Shown in pieces: positions 18,380-27,636 of a DNA stretch of 64,000 nt (positions are counted from its first letter, which is position 1; each line of letters begins with the position of its first letter). The stretch is taken from NCBI GenBank assembly GCA_963815115.1, contig CAWFFN010000007.1, positions 320,001-384,000 on the forward strand, read 5' to 3'. This DNA comes from an uncultured delta proteobacterium. GTDB lineage: Bacteria; Desulfobacterota; Binatia; DP-6. A program made the translations under genes and the position numbers. Under the pieces are notes generated by a model. That model did not search any database. It was given only the letters and a program-made list of their open reading frames with translations, and was not told where the DNA came from.

Positions 18380-19585
18380 TCAGGAGATCACGCTCGTGTC
18401 CTTCCAGCGAGCGATCTCGTCCCAGGTGCAGCCCAGGTCGAGCAGGATCTCCTCCGTCTGCGCGCCGGTGTCCTGGGCAGGGCTGCGGACCGTCGGCGGC
18501 TCGCCCGCGAACTGGACGGGATTGGCGCATACTCGCACCGGGCCCTCGGGCGTCGGCGAGTTCAGCAGGTAGCCGTTGGCCTGCACCTGCGGATCGTCCG
18601 GCAGCTCGAGCGGCGTCTGGAACGGGCCCCAGATGCACTCCGAGGCGCGGAGCTGCTCCTCCCACTGGTCGCGCGGTCGGGTAGCGAAGAACTCCGCCAG
18701 CTCGGCACGGATGGCGCCGGCCTGCCGGGAGCGCGCCTCCGCCGTCGGATAGCGCTCGAGCAGGTCGCGGCGATCGACGGCGGCGGCGAAGATGGGCCAG
18801 AAGCGCTCCGCCTGGAGCATCATCAGCACCAGCCCCTTGCCGTCGGCACAGAAGTAGGTCCCGACGAGCGGATTGGGCGCGCTCGGCATGGCGCCGGCCG
18901 AGGGCAGCATGAAGCCGTAGAGCAGGGCCGCGGTGATGTCGGGCGCGAGCACCCAGAGCGCGGTGCCGAGGAGGGAGACGTCGACCTCGACGCCCATCCC
19001 GGTGCGCTCGCGCTGGAAGAGAGCAGCCGCGATGCCGCCGGCGATCGCCATGCCGCCGATGAAGTCGCCGAACGCAGGCCGTTGCTGGAGCGGCGGCTGG
19101 CCGGGGGTCGAGAGCCGATCCGCCACCCCGCCTCGCGCCCAGAACGACACGCCGTCGTAACCGCCGCGTCGCGCGTCGGGCCCACGCCGGCCCTGGCCGG
19201 AGCCGCGGGCGTAGATCAGGCGAGGGTTGACGGCGCGCAGGTCGTCCCAGGTGATCCGGAGTCGCTCGCGGGCGTCGTCGAGGAAGCTGGTGAGGAAGAC
19301 GTCGGCGCCGGCGACCAGCCGGTCGAGCAGGGTGCGGCCCTCCGCGTGCCCGAGATCGATGCCGATGGTGCGCTTGTTGCGGCCGAGATGCTCGACGAAG
19401 AAGTTTCGTCCGGACGCGCCCGGGATCAGTCCCGAGGTGACGAGTCCGCGGATGGGATCGCCGAAGCGGGGATGCTCGACCTTGACGACCTCCGCGCCCC
19501 AGTCGCCGAGGACGGTGCCCGCGGAGGGGACGAAGCCCCAGTCGGCAACCTCGATCACCCGCACGCCGGCGAGCACGTCGGCCAT
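18380..19585 (-). CDS. CaiB/BaiF family CoA-transferase
   Basis: GVRVIEVADW, WGAEVVKVEHP..GDP, RNKRTIGIDL, NPRLIYA, AFGDFIGG. Confidence 0.93.
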   Translation of the reverse strand: MADVLAGVRVIEVADWGFVPSAGTVLGDWGAEVVKVEHPRFGDPIRGLVTSGLIPGASGRNFFVEHLGRNKRTIGIDLGHAEGRTLLDRLVAGADVFLTSFLDDARERLRITWDDLRAVNPRLIYARGSGQGRRGPDARRGGYDGVSFWARGGVADRLSTPGQPPLQQRPAFGDFIGGMAIAGGIAAALFQRERTGMGVEVDVSLLGTALWVLAPDITAALLYGFMLPSAGAMPSAPNPLVGTYFCADGKGLVLMMLQAERFWPIFAAAVDRRDLLERYPTAEARSRQAGAIRAELAEFFATRPRDQWEEQLRASECIWGPFQTPLELPDDPQVQANGYLLNSPTPEGPVRVCANPVQFAGEPPTVRSPAQDTGAQTEEILLDLGCTWDEIARWKDTSVIS

Positions 19586-19598
19586 TGCCAGCCCCCGC

Positions 19599-20711
19599 TC
19601 AGTTGAGGTGGTAGAGCTCGGCCGCGTTCGCGCCGGCGATGAGCCGGCGCTCCTCCTCGGGCACGTCCTTGAAGTGCTCGACGAGCACCTCGCGCGACTT
19701 CGGCCAGGTGCTGTCGGAATGCGGGTAGTCGGTCGACCACATGATGTTGCGGAGTCCGGCGCGGTGGCGCTCGGCGACCCCCGCCAGGTCCTGGATGAAG
19801 GTCGCATGCCCCTGGCGGTACCAGTACGTGCTCGGCTTTTCCGTGAGGATCGATTTGGTCCAGAAGCGGTGCTTGTTGAACGTCTGGTCCATGCGCTCGA
19901 CGAAGTAGGGGATCCAGCCGATGCCGCACTCGACCAGCACGAAGTTGAGCTTGGGGTGGCGGGCCAGGATGCCGGTGAAGACGAGCGTGGAGACGGTCTC
20001 GCAGATCGAGATCGGCGCGATGGCGATGAACGTCTCCTTGACGCCCGGCGTGGGATTCTGGAAGGTCGCCTGGACGTTCGCGTTGCGCGGGCCGACGATG
20101 TGGAAGCTGATCGGCAGACCGGTCTCCTCGATCAGTGACCAGAACGGCTCGTAGGCCTCGTCCCACAGCGGCTTGGCGCCGCGTTCGTCGGGGAAGGGGT
20201 CGCAGTGGAAGCCCTTCAAGCCCATCCTCGCGATGCGGCCGAGCTCCTGCATCGCCTCGTCGAGATCGATCAGCGGCACGTGGGCGAGCCCGACCAGCCG
20301 GCCCGGCGCCGCCCGCGAGAGCTCGAGCATCCAGTCGTTGTAGCGCTGGACGACGTAGCGCCGCAGCGCGGGGTCCTTGGGGTAGCTCGTGACCGGGCCG
20401 CCGAAGTAGAGGACCTCGGCGTCGACCCCGTCGAGATCCATGTCCTCGAGCCGCGCCTTGGGATCGTAGGAGCCGGGGCGCATGTCCTTGTACCCGAGTC
20501 CGAAGGCCTTGAAGTCCTCGGGCTTGCGGCCGGCAGAGGAGTCGAGCCCGATCGCCCCGCTGATCTGCGAGTCGACGATCCAGAAGTCACCCTGCTCCGT
20601 CGACTCGACGCGCGGCACCCTGTCCTTCAGCCCGTCCGGCGCCCCTCGCGTCCAGAGATCCTTCGGCGGGTTGACGTGCGAATCCGCCGAGATGATGCGC
20701 TCGCTGCTCAT
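19599..20711 (-). CDS. Amidohydrolase family 2 protein
   Basis: ISADSHV, MDLDGVDAEVL, FH, VECGIGW, WSTDYPHSD. Confidence 0.93.
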   Translation of the reverse strand: MSSERIISADSHVNPPKDLWTRGAPDGLKDRVPRVESTEQGDFWIVDSQISGAIGLDSSAGRKPEDFKAFGLGYKDMRPGSYDPKARLEDMDLDGVDAEVLYFGGPVTSYPKDPALRRYVVQRYNDWMLELSRAAPGRLVGLAHVPLIDLDEAMQELGRIARMGLKGFHCDPFPDERGAKPLWDEAYEPFWSLIEETGLPISFHIVGPRNANVQATFQNPTPGVKETFIAIAPISICETVSTLVFTGILARHPKLNFVLVECGIGWIPYFVERMDQTFNKHRFWTKSILTEKPSTYWYRQGHATFIQDLAGVAERHRAGLRNIMWSTDYPHSDSTWPKSREVLVEHFKDVPEEERRLIAGANAAELYHLN

Positions 20712-20811
20712 CGTTCGATCCTCCTGCTCGTCGCGGACGACGAGGAAGGTTTAACGTGGCCTGCTCGCCTCGATCAAGCGATCGCTCGATTGTGCGCCGC
20801 GTCGGATACGA

Positions 20812-23480
20812 TCAGAGTCCTGCAACGGCCGTCATCGTCTTCGCGATCGCGTTGCGCAGGTCGCTGGCGGTGCTCGCGCCCGGCCTGGCCTTCGCGAGCA
20901 GCTTCATCAGGCTCTGGAGGTGGGCGTTCACGAACTTGCGCGCCTTCAACGCCTTCTTGCCGGTCCCGGAGACCGCGGCAAGCTTCCCCCTGACCTGCTT
21001 CACGACCTTGCCCATCTTCTTCTTGGAGCCCTTTTTCAGATCCGCGGCCCCGCTCAGCAGCTGCTCGATCGTCGCGAGGCGGCACTCGACGCCAGGCTCG
21101 CCGACGCGTGTGCTGGTCGCGCAGTGGAAGCCGGTGCCGTCGGGTTCGCAGTGGTCGCCGTCCGTGCAGGCGTCGCCGTCGTCGCAGGCGGGTGCGGCGC
21201 CCGTGACGGGTTCGCCGGTCGCTGGATCGCAGGTTTCGGTACCGTTGCAGGCATTGCCGTCGTCGAACACCTTCGGTGCGTGGGTGCAGCCGCTGGCGGG
21301 GTTGCAGCCGTCGGTCGTGCACGGGCTGCCGTCGTCGCAGCTCGGCGGATTGCTGGGCGTGCAGACGCCGGCGACACACGCGGTCGAGCCGCACAGGCTC
21401 GGGTCGCAGTCGGTGGCTTTGGTGCACGGGATGCAGTGGTCGGGGTCGGTCTCGCCTCCCGCGGCGCAGACCTCGCAGTGGCCGGCGACGGGCGTGCAAT
21501 CGCTCTTGCAGGTGTCGCACTCGTTGGTGTTGGCGTCGTCGCACAGCTCCCCGGCGTCGCCGTCGGCGTGGCCGTCACCGCACCAGTGAAGCGTGCAGGT
21601 CGCCGAGCACGGGTTCCCGAGCACGCCGTTCTGCGCGCCGTTGTCGCACTCGTCCTCCGGATCGACGACGCCGTTGCCACACACCTCCACCTGGCAGGTG
21701 GACGAGCAGCCGTCGCCGTCCGTCTGGTTCAGGTCGTCGCACTGCTCGCCGCAGTCCGGCTGGGTGGTGCCGTTCCCGCACACGCAGGGCCGCGGAGCCA
21801 CGAGGGAGCACTGGGCGGTGCAGGGATCCCCCTGCATTCCGTTTTTGTTGCCGTCGTCGCAGTCCTCGTTGCAGTCCTGGACGCCGTTGCCGCACTGCTC
21901 GATCTGACAGGTCGAGGAGATGCCGTCGCACGAGTTGGCGTCGCCCTTGTCGTCCTGCTCGCCGCACTCGACCATGCCGTCGCCGCACACGTTGTCGAAC
22001 CGCGAGCAATCAGCCTTGCAGCCGTCGCAGCTGACGGTGTTGCCGTCGTCGCAGGCTTCGCCGGGGTCGACGTTCCCGTCGCCGCACCGATGGCACGACT
22101 GACAGTCCGGGGAGCAGGTACCGCCCTGAGGACAGGTGCGCCGTCGCACAGCTCGCCCTGATCGACCTTGCCGTCGCCGCAATCGGCCGGAGGAGGCGGT
22201 GGCGGGAAGCCGCCGCAGGGAGTGAGGTTGGGGTTGATCTGCGCGCCCGAGTTGGGGTTGATCACGCCCGTGATGCTGATCGGATCGCTCGCGCTCCGGT
22301 ACTCGATGAAGTTGGCGGTGTCCGCGAGCATCGTGCCGGCCACCGTCAAGGCGCCGCCGCTCTCCAGCGAATTGGTCCCGCCGAGCCCGCGGGCGTCGAG
22401 CGTGATGCCGGCAGGGAGGGTGAGCGCGCACCAGGCGGTCGCATCGACCGAGCCGCCGAAGCCGTCGGAGCCGCCGTGCACGTCGATCGAGCCGAGGGTG
22501 AGGTTGCGATGCGCCTCGAACTCGAGGCTGCCGCCCTGGCTCTGCAGGCCGTTCCCCGAGGCATCGATCGCCACGCTCTGCGTGATGTCGTGCTCGGCGG
22601 TGAACGTCGCGCTGCCGCCGGCACCGTCCGACGGGACGCCGGTCATCTGGAGAAACGCGCCGATCTGGATCGAGTCGCCGGAGTTGACCGTGATGTCGCC
22701 CGCGTCGCCGACGTCCTCGCCGCTCGAATCGCCGCGCACGTTGATGTTGCCGCCGAGAATCACCGAGCCGTCGGCATCGATCTCGAGCGCGCCCCCGAAG
22801 CCGCCCCCGGTGATCGCGCTGAGGTCGATCTTGCCGGTCGTGGTGACGGCGCCGCCCGCCGTGAGGAGGATGCCCTCGACGTCGGAATCGCCGCCGCTGC
22901 TGTCGATGGTGCCGGAGAGGCCGAGGTTGGCCGCCGCGTCGATCTCGAGCGTCCCGGGGCTGCCGTCCCGCCCGCCGTGGATGTCGATCTCCCCCGGGAT
23001 GACGATGCTCGCGCCGGTCACCGTGATGTCGCCCGCGAACTGATCCACCGCGGTCGAGGACGCGTCGAGGATGCCCTCGACGACCACGTTCCCCATGGCG
23101 TTGAGGGTGATGCTGCCGGCGGCATCACCCGCGGTATCGATGCGCGAGATCGAGTTGCCGTCGCGGCGCACGGTGATGGTTCCCGTGGCGTCCACCTCGA
23201 TCATGCCGCCGGCGCCGAGGAGGCCGCTGGCGGGCTCCAGGGTGAGGTTGCGGACCTTGATGACCATGCTGCCTGCGCCGACGACGAGCTTGGCGCCGCC
23301 CATCAGCTGGAGATCGCGGGCACCGAAGTCCAGGATCGAGCCGGGGGTGACGATTCGCGTCGTGTTCTTCTGGACCACGCACGGGTTGCCGGAACAGATC
23401 TCATCGGCGGTGGTCGCCTCGGCCGCAGGGACGAGGCCGAGGCATAGCAGGAGGACTGTGGCGACGAGGGCGGTCCGCAT
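20812..23480 (-). pseudogene. Secreted Cys-rich repeat protein A (Gly-rich beta-helix, Myxococcus-type Cys repeats, basic C-terminal domain), frameshifted at about 22138-22139
   Basis: Signal peptide MRTALVAT..AEA. Track ORF 21729..23681 reads ..DCGDGKVDQGELCDG and ORF 20812..22431 continues TCPQGGTCSPDC, with a 2-nt remnant GC between them. Contains repeated CG(D/N)G..E.CDDGN. About 890 aa if joined. May be an assembly error. Confidence 0.85.
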
Positions 23481-23493
23481 GATCTGTTGTCTC

Positions 23494-23509
23494 AGCAACG
23501 GGTGTGCCC
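23494..23509 (-). promoter_or_regulatory. sigma54 (-24/-12) promoter of Cys-rich protein A
   Basis: Minus strand reads GGGCAC-ACCCG-TTGCT with exact GG-N10-GC spacing. The -12 C lies 15 nt before ATG 23480. Confidence 0.7.
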
Positions 23510-23704
23510 GCGTCGGGGGTGGCGGCACGCATCCGCTCCGCGTCCGGTGGGCTTCCCGGCGCATCATGGATGCACGCCGCGTGGCAGGTGTGCAAGCGTC
23601 AGGCGCGGGTGCGCGAGGGCGCCAGCGCGAGGCGGAGCGCACACGCCAAGGCACCGGAACGGCGAGCCTTGCTCCACCCACCCGAGGCGTGTAGCGAGGA
23701 ACGG

Positions 23705-23944
23705 ATGGTGGATACCGAGGACATCAGGCGCCGCATCGAGGCGGCGCTTCCCGACGCGCGGGTCGAGGTGGCCGACACGACCGGCGCCGGAGATCACTTC
23801 GAGGTCCACGTGGCCGCCGCGGCGTTCACGGGACTGGGCCTCGTCGAGCAGCATCGACTGGTCTATGGCGCGCTGGGTGATCTGATGCCGCGGATCCATG
23901 CGCTGGCATTGCGAACCGAAACACGAGGGGAGGGAGCGCGATGA
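23705..23944 (+). CDS. bolA: BolA family protein
   Basis: GDHFEV, F.GLGLVEQHRLVY.ALG, IHALALRT. RBS GAGGA. Coupled to grxD. Confidence 0.93.
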   Translation: MVDTEDIRRRIEAALPDARVEVADTTGAGDHFEVHVAAAAFTGLGLVEQHRLVYGALGDLMPRIHALALRTETRGEGAR

Positions 23945-24930
23945 GCGAGGTACTCGAGGACATCGATCGAGAGGTGAAGGCGAACCCCGTCGTCGTCTAC
24001 ATGAAGGGCACGCCGAGGTTCCCGATGTGCGGCTTCTCTGCCGCGACCGTCGAGGTGCTGCACGAGATCGGCGTCCCGTTCAAGGCCGTCGACGTCCTGG
24101 CCGAGGTGGACAAGCGAGACGCCGTGAAGGCCTACACGAGCTGGCCGACCATTCCGCAGCTCTTCGTCGGCGGCAAGTTCGTGGGTGGCTGCGACATCGT
24201 GCGCGAGATGCACGCCCGCGGCGAGCTGGCTCCGCTGATCCGGGAAGCCGCCGAGCCGCACTGAGCGCGCCGCCCTCCGCCGCTCGAGTCCCCCGCACGG
24301 CTCGATCCGCCAGCGCTGGACGAGCCAGTAGACCACCAGCTTCTCGTACTCCGTCAGCACGTCCTTGGCCGCCCGGCGGTTCGTCCACCACCGCTCCGCC
24401 GGAAAATCGGCGGCGAGTGCGGGCCGCATCGCGAGCCGGACGCCGGGGCCGAGCGCCTGCGCCAGGATCAAGCGCGCGCGCCGCGTGTGCCACGGCGACG
24501 TCACGACGACCACGTCCCGCAGGTGGCGCTTGCAGACGTAGCGGGCGATGGTTCTGGCCTCGCTCACGGTGCTGAAGGCGCGCCGCGCGAGCGTGTGGAT
24601 GGCGGACGACGGGACGCCGAGCGCGATCAGCGCCTGTCGCGCCAGGTCGTAGTCCTCCGGCAGCCGGACGCCGCGGGCGCGTAGGGCCGGGGCGCCGCGC
24701 GCGAGCCGCTCGCGCGTGAGCACGATGAGCGGCGCGCGCCCCTGGTGGTAGAGGCGCGCCGTCTCCAGCACGCGGTCGGCGACCGAGCCGGCCAGCATCA
24801 CGATGGCGTCCGCGTGCACCGGCTCGGGGTCGGCGACGACCAGGTAACGACCCGCTCCCCGGAAGGCGAGCACGGCCGCGGCGGTGGCGACGGCGGCGGC
24901 GACCAGGAGCGGCAGGAGCCGCGGACGCAT
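23863..24930 (-). CDS. YdcF/DUF218 family protein with C-terminal read-through antisense over grxD
   Basis: N-terminal TM, ADAIVMLAG, STVSEA, VVVTSPWHTRRAR, WW..EYEKL. The domain ends near 24320 but the first in-frame stop is at 23863. Confidence 0.8.
   Translation of the reverse strand: MRPRLLPLLVAAAVATAAAVLAFRGAGRYLVVADPEPVHADAIVMLAGSVADRVLETARLYHQGRAPLIVLTRERLARGAPALRARGVRLPEDYDLARQALIALGVPSSAIHTLARRAFSTVSEARTIARYVCKRHLRDVVVVTSPWHTRRARLILAQALGPGVRLAMRPALAADFPAERWWTNRRAAKDVLTEYEKLVVYWLVQRWRIEPCGGLERRRAARSVRLGGFPDQRSQLAAGVHLAHDVAATHELAADEELRNGRPARVGLHGVSLVHLGQDVDGLERDADLVQHLDGRGREAAHREPRRALHVDDDGVRLHLSIDVLEYLAHRAPSPRVSVRNASAWIRGIRSPSAP
23941..24264 (+). CDS. grxD: Monothiol glutaredoxin (Grx4 family)
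   Basis: YMKGTP.FPMCGFS, WPTIPQLFVGGKFVGGCDI. Confidence 0.97.
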   Translation: MSEVLEDIDREVKANPVVVYMKGTPRFPMCGFSAATVEVLHEIGVPFKAVDVLAEVDKRDAVKAYTSWPTIPQLFVGGKFVGGCDIVREMHARGELAPLIREAAEPH

Positions 24931-25014
24931 GCGAGCGGGACGCTACGGGACACGGCTGCCGGGACGCAACCCGGTGCTTGACGGAGGTAACGCGACGGCG
25001 CTCTCCTCCCCGCC

Positions 25015-25992
25015 ATGCAGAACGTCCAGACGGTGACCGGCACCTGTGCTCCCGCGTCCCTCGGCATGACGTTGATGCACGAGCACCTGCTCATCGGCTG
25101 GCCGGGCTGGGAGGCCGACGCACTCCTCGACCGCGCCACCCGGCGCGAGCATGCCCGCCGCTGCATCGATCGGCTCGCCGAGCTCCATGATCTGGGCGTG
25201 CGCACGCTCGTCGACCCGTGCCCGATCGACCTCGGGCGCGACGTCGAGTTCATGGCCGAGGTGGCACAGGCGAGCCGGGTCCGCATCGTCTGCGCCACCG
25301 GGCTCTACAAGGAGGACCAGGGGGCGCCGGCGTACTTCAAGTTCCGGCGCCAGTTCGGCGACGCGCTGGCGGAGATGACGGAGGTCTTCGTGCGCGAGAT
25401 CGGCGAGGGCGTCGGCGAGACGGGCATCCGCGCCGGCATCATCAAGGTGGCGACGGGCGCGCACCAGATCACGCCGTACGAGGAGCTGGTCCTGCGTGCG
25501 GCCGCGCGGGCCCACCGCGCGACCGGGGTTCCCATCACCACCCACACCGACGAGGGGACGATGGGGCCGGAGCAGCTCGACGTGCTCGCCGGCGAAGGCG
25601 TGGCGCCGGGCGCGATCGTGGTCGGCCACTCGTGCGGTGCGAGCGACGTCTCCTACCATCTCCGCATGCTGGATCGTGGCGCCTTTCTCGGGTTCGATCG
25701 GTTCGGCCTCGAGCTGCTGCATCCCGATCGCGAGCGGCTCGCGGTCCTCATCGGACTGCTCGGGCTCGGCTTCGAGCGCCAGCTCGTGCTGTCGCACGAC
25801 ACGGTGTGGTGCTGGCGGGGACGGGGCCCGACGCTGCCGCCCGAGACCCTGGCGCATTGGGAGCCGACCTACGTCCTGCGATCCGTCGTGCCGCGCCTGC
25901 GTGCCGCCGGCGTCGCGGAGGAGAAGATCGAGACCATGCTGGTCGACAATCCGCGCCGCTACTTCGCCGAGGCCGGAACGGCCGCCTGCTAG
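25015..25992 (+). CDS. Phosphotriesterase family metal-dependent hydrolase
   Basis: TLMHEHL, ATGLY, GIIKVAT, ITTHT, VGH, FDRFG, LSHD, LVDNPRR. Confidence 0.93.
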   Translation: MQNVQTVTGTCAPASLGMTLMHEHLLIGWPGWEADALLDRATRREHARRCIDRLAELHDLGVRTLVDPCPIDLGRDVEFMAEVAQASRVRIVCATGLYKEDQGAPAYFKFRRQFGDALAEMTEVFVREIGEGVGETGIRAGIIKVATGAHQITPYEELVLRAAARAHRATGVPITTHTDEGTMGPEQLDVLAGEGVAPGAIVVGHSCGASDVSYHLRMLDRGAFLGFDRFGLELLHPDRERLAVLIGLLGLGFERQLVLSHDTVWCWRGRGPTLPPETLAHWEPTYVLRSVVPRLRAAGVAEEKIETMLVDNPRRYFAEAGTAAC

Positions 25993-27128
25993 GCTCCCGG
26001 CCCGGCCAGGATGACGACGCAGGCGTTGGCGCCGCGGCCGACGGTGTGAGCGAGCGCGACCCGCGCGCCCTGCACCTGGCGCGGCCCGGCCTGACCGCGA
26101 AGCTGCCAGGTGAGCTCGACGACCTGGCCGAGCGCGGACGCGCCGAGCGGCTCGCCCTTCGAGAGGAGGCCGCCGCTCGCGTTGACGGGCAGGCGCGATT
26201 CCATGGTGCCGCCGCCGTCGCGGACCCAGCCGCCGCCGCCATGACGGGGGCACAGGCCGAGCTCCTCCGCCGACAGGATCTCGCGCGCGGCGTCGGTGTC
26301 CTGCACCTCCGCGAGATGGACGTCGGCGGGCCCCAGGCCGGCGGACTCGTAGGCGCTCCGCGCCGCCATCTGCGTCGGTGTCGGAATGGCGTCGTCGGCG
26401 ACGCCGCCGAGCGGCGTGTGCTCGCCGAGCACGGAACCGGCGAGATGCGATCGCAGGACGGCCGTCGCGATGCGCACGGCGGACGCGCGCGGCGTGGACG
26501 ACACGACGACCGCCGCGGCGCCCTCGTTCGGCGAGCACAGCATCAAGAGCCGGAGCGGGTCGCACACGAGGGGCGAAGCGAGCACCTCCTCGGATGACAG
26601 GGCCTTGCGGTACATCGCGTGCGGATTGTGGACGCCGTGGCGATGGTTCTTCACCGACACCGTGGCGAGGTCGGCCGGCCGGACGTCGCTCTCCAGCATC
26701 AGACGCTGCGCCCGCAGCGCGAAGTAGGCCGGCGTCGCGGCCAGGCCCGCTTCCTCGCGCCAGGGCTCGAAGAAGCTCGAGCGGATCATGCCGCGCGGCA
26801 TCTTCTCGACGCCGAAGGCGAGCACCGTATCGTGCTGGCCGCTGGCGACCTGGGCCGCGGCGAGCGCCAGGGCGGCGCCCCCGCTGGCGCAGCCCGCCTC
26901 GACGTTGACGATCGGCACGCCGGAGAGACCGAGCGCGGTGAGCACCTTGTGGCCGGTCGCGACGCCGCCGTAGACGGTGCCGCAGAACGCAGCCTGGAAC
27001 CCGCCGCGCGCGACGTCTGCGTCCGCCAGGGCGCTGCGCACGGCGGCCACCCCGAGCGCGGTGAGGCTGCGATCGGCGAAGCGGCCGAAGGGGTGCAGGC
27101 CGACTCCCGTGATGTAGACCGGCCTCAC
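25989..27128 (-). CDS. SCP-x/lipid-transfer-protein type thiolase family protein
   Basis: VYITGVG, NVEAGCASGG, VKNHRHG..NP.A, CSPNEGAAA, VNASGGLLSKGEP, RQVQGARVALAH. GTG start overlaps the OB-fold gene stop. Confidence 0.9.
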   Translation of the reverse strand: MRPVYITGVGLHPFGRFADRSLTALGVAAVRSALADADVARGGFQAAFCGTVYGGVATGHKVLTALGLSGVPIVNVEAGCASGGAALALAAAQVASGQHDTVLAFGVEKMPRGMIRSSFFEPWREEAGLAATPAYFALRAQRLMLESDVRPADLATVSVKNHRHGVHNPHAMYRKALSSEEVLASPLVCDPLRLLMLCSPNEGAAAVVVSSTPRASAVRIATAVLRSHLAGSVLGEHTPLGGVADDAIPTPTQMAARSAYESAGLGPADVHLAEVQDTDAAREILSAEELGLCPRHGGGGWVRDGGGTMESRLPVNASGGLLSKGEPLGASALGQVVELTWQLRGQAGPRQVQGARVALAHTVGRGANACVVILAGPGA

Positions 27129-27547
27129 GTCGCTCCGGTCTCCGCGGGATCGGGCGCGAAGGCATACGACAGCACGGGGGTGCCGTCGTCGTCGGCGAAG
27201 AGTGGTTCGACGACGAGAGTGACCGCCAGGCCGGGCCGCAGCCGCGCGGGGTCCGACTCCGTCAGCCGCGTGATCACCCGCAGGCCGTCCGCGAGCTCGA
27301 CCATGCCGAATCCATACGGCACGGGTCCGCGATAGCCGGGCGGGCGGTTCGCCACCACCGTGCACAGACGGAGGCGTCCGGCGGGGCCGACCGGCGTCTC
27401 CCTCGCGTCCTCGGCGCCACAGTACGGACAGGTCGGCGAGGCGGGAAAGTGGAGTGCCTTGCACGACGAGCAGCGTGCGGCGAGGAGCCTGGGTCCGTCC
27501 GGTCCGACGGCGAAGAGGCCGGGGGTGATGGGGCGCGGCGATGCCAT
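27125..27547 (-). CDS. Zn-ribbon/OB-fold (DUF35) thiolase partner
   Basis: CSSC..HFP...CPYC, VPYGFGMVEL. Translationally coupled to the thiolase. Confidence 0.9.
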   Translation of the reverse strand: MASPRPITPGLFAVGPDGPRLLAARCSSCKALHFPASPTCPYCGAEDARETPVGPAGRLRLCTVVANRPPGYRGPVPYGFGMVELADGLRVITRLTESDPARLRPGLAVTLVVEPLFADDDGTPVLSYAFAPDPAETGAT

Positions 27548-27636
27548 GCTCAGCACCAGTGAAGGCCAGAATGTGCAGACAAACGCAACGAAATTTTCTC
27601 GCCAGTACCCCGGCCCGCATGGTACGGACACCGGCC

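Noticed and set aside
27620-27636. sigma54-like TGGTAC box before protein B
   Set aside because: The GC is one base off the required GG-N10-GC spacing and there is no TTGC, so B is not counted in the regulon.
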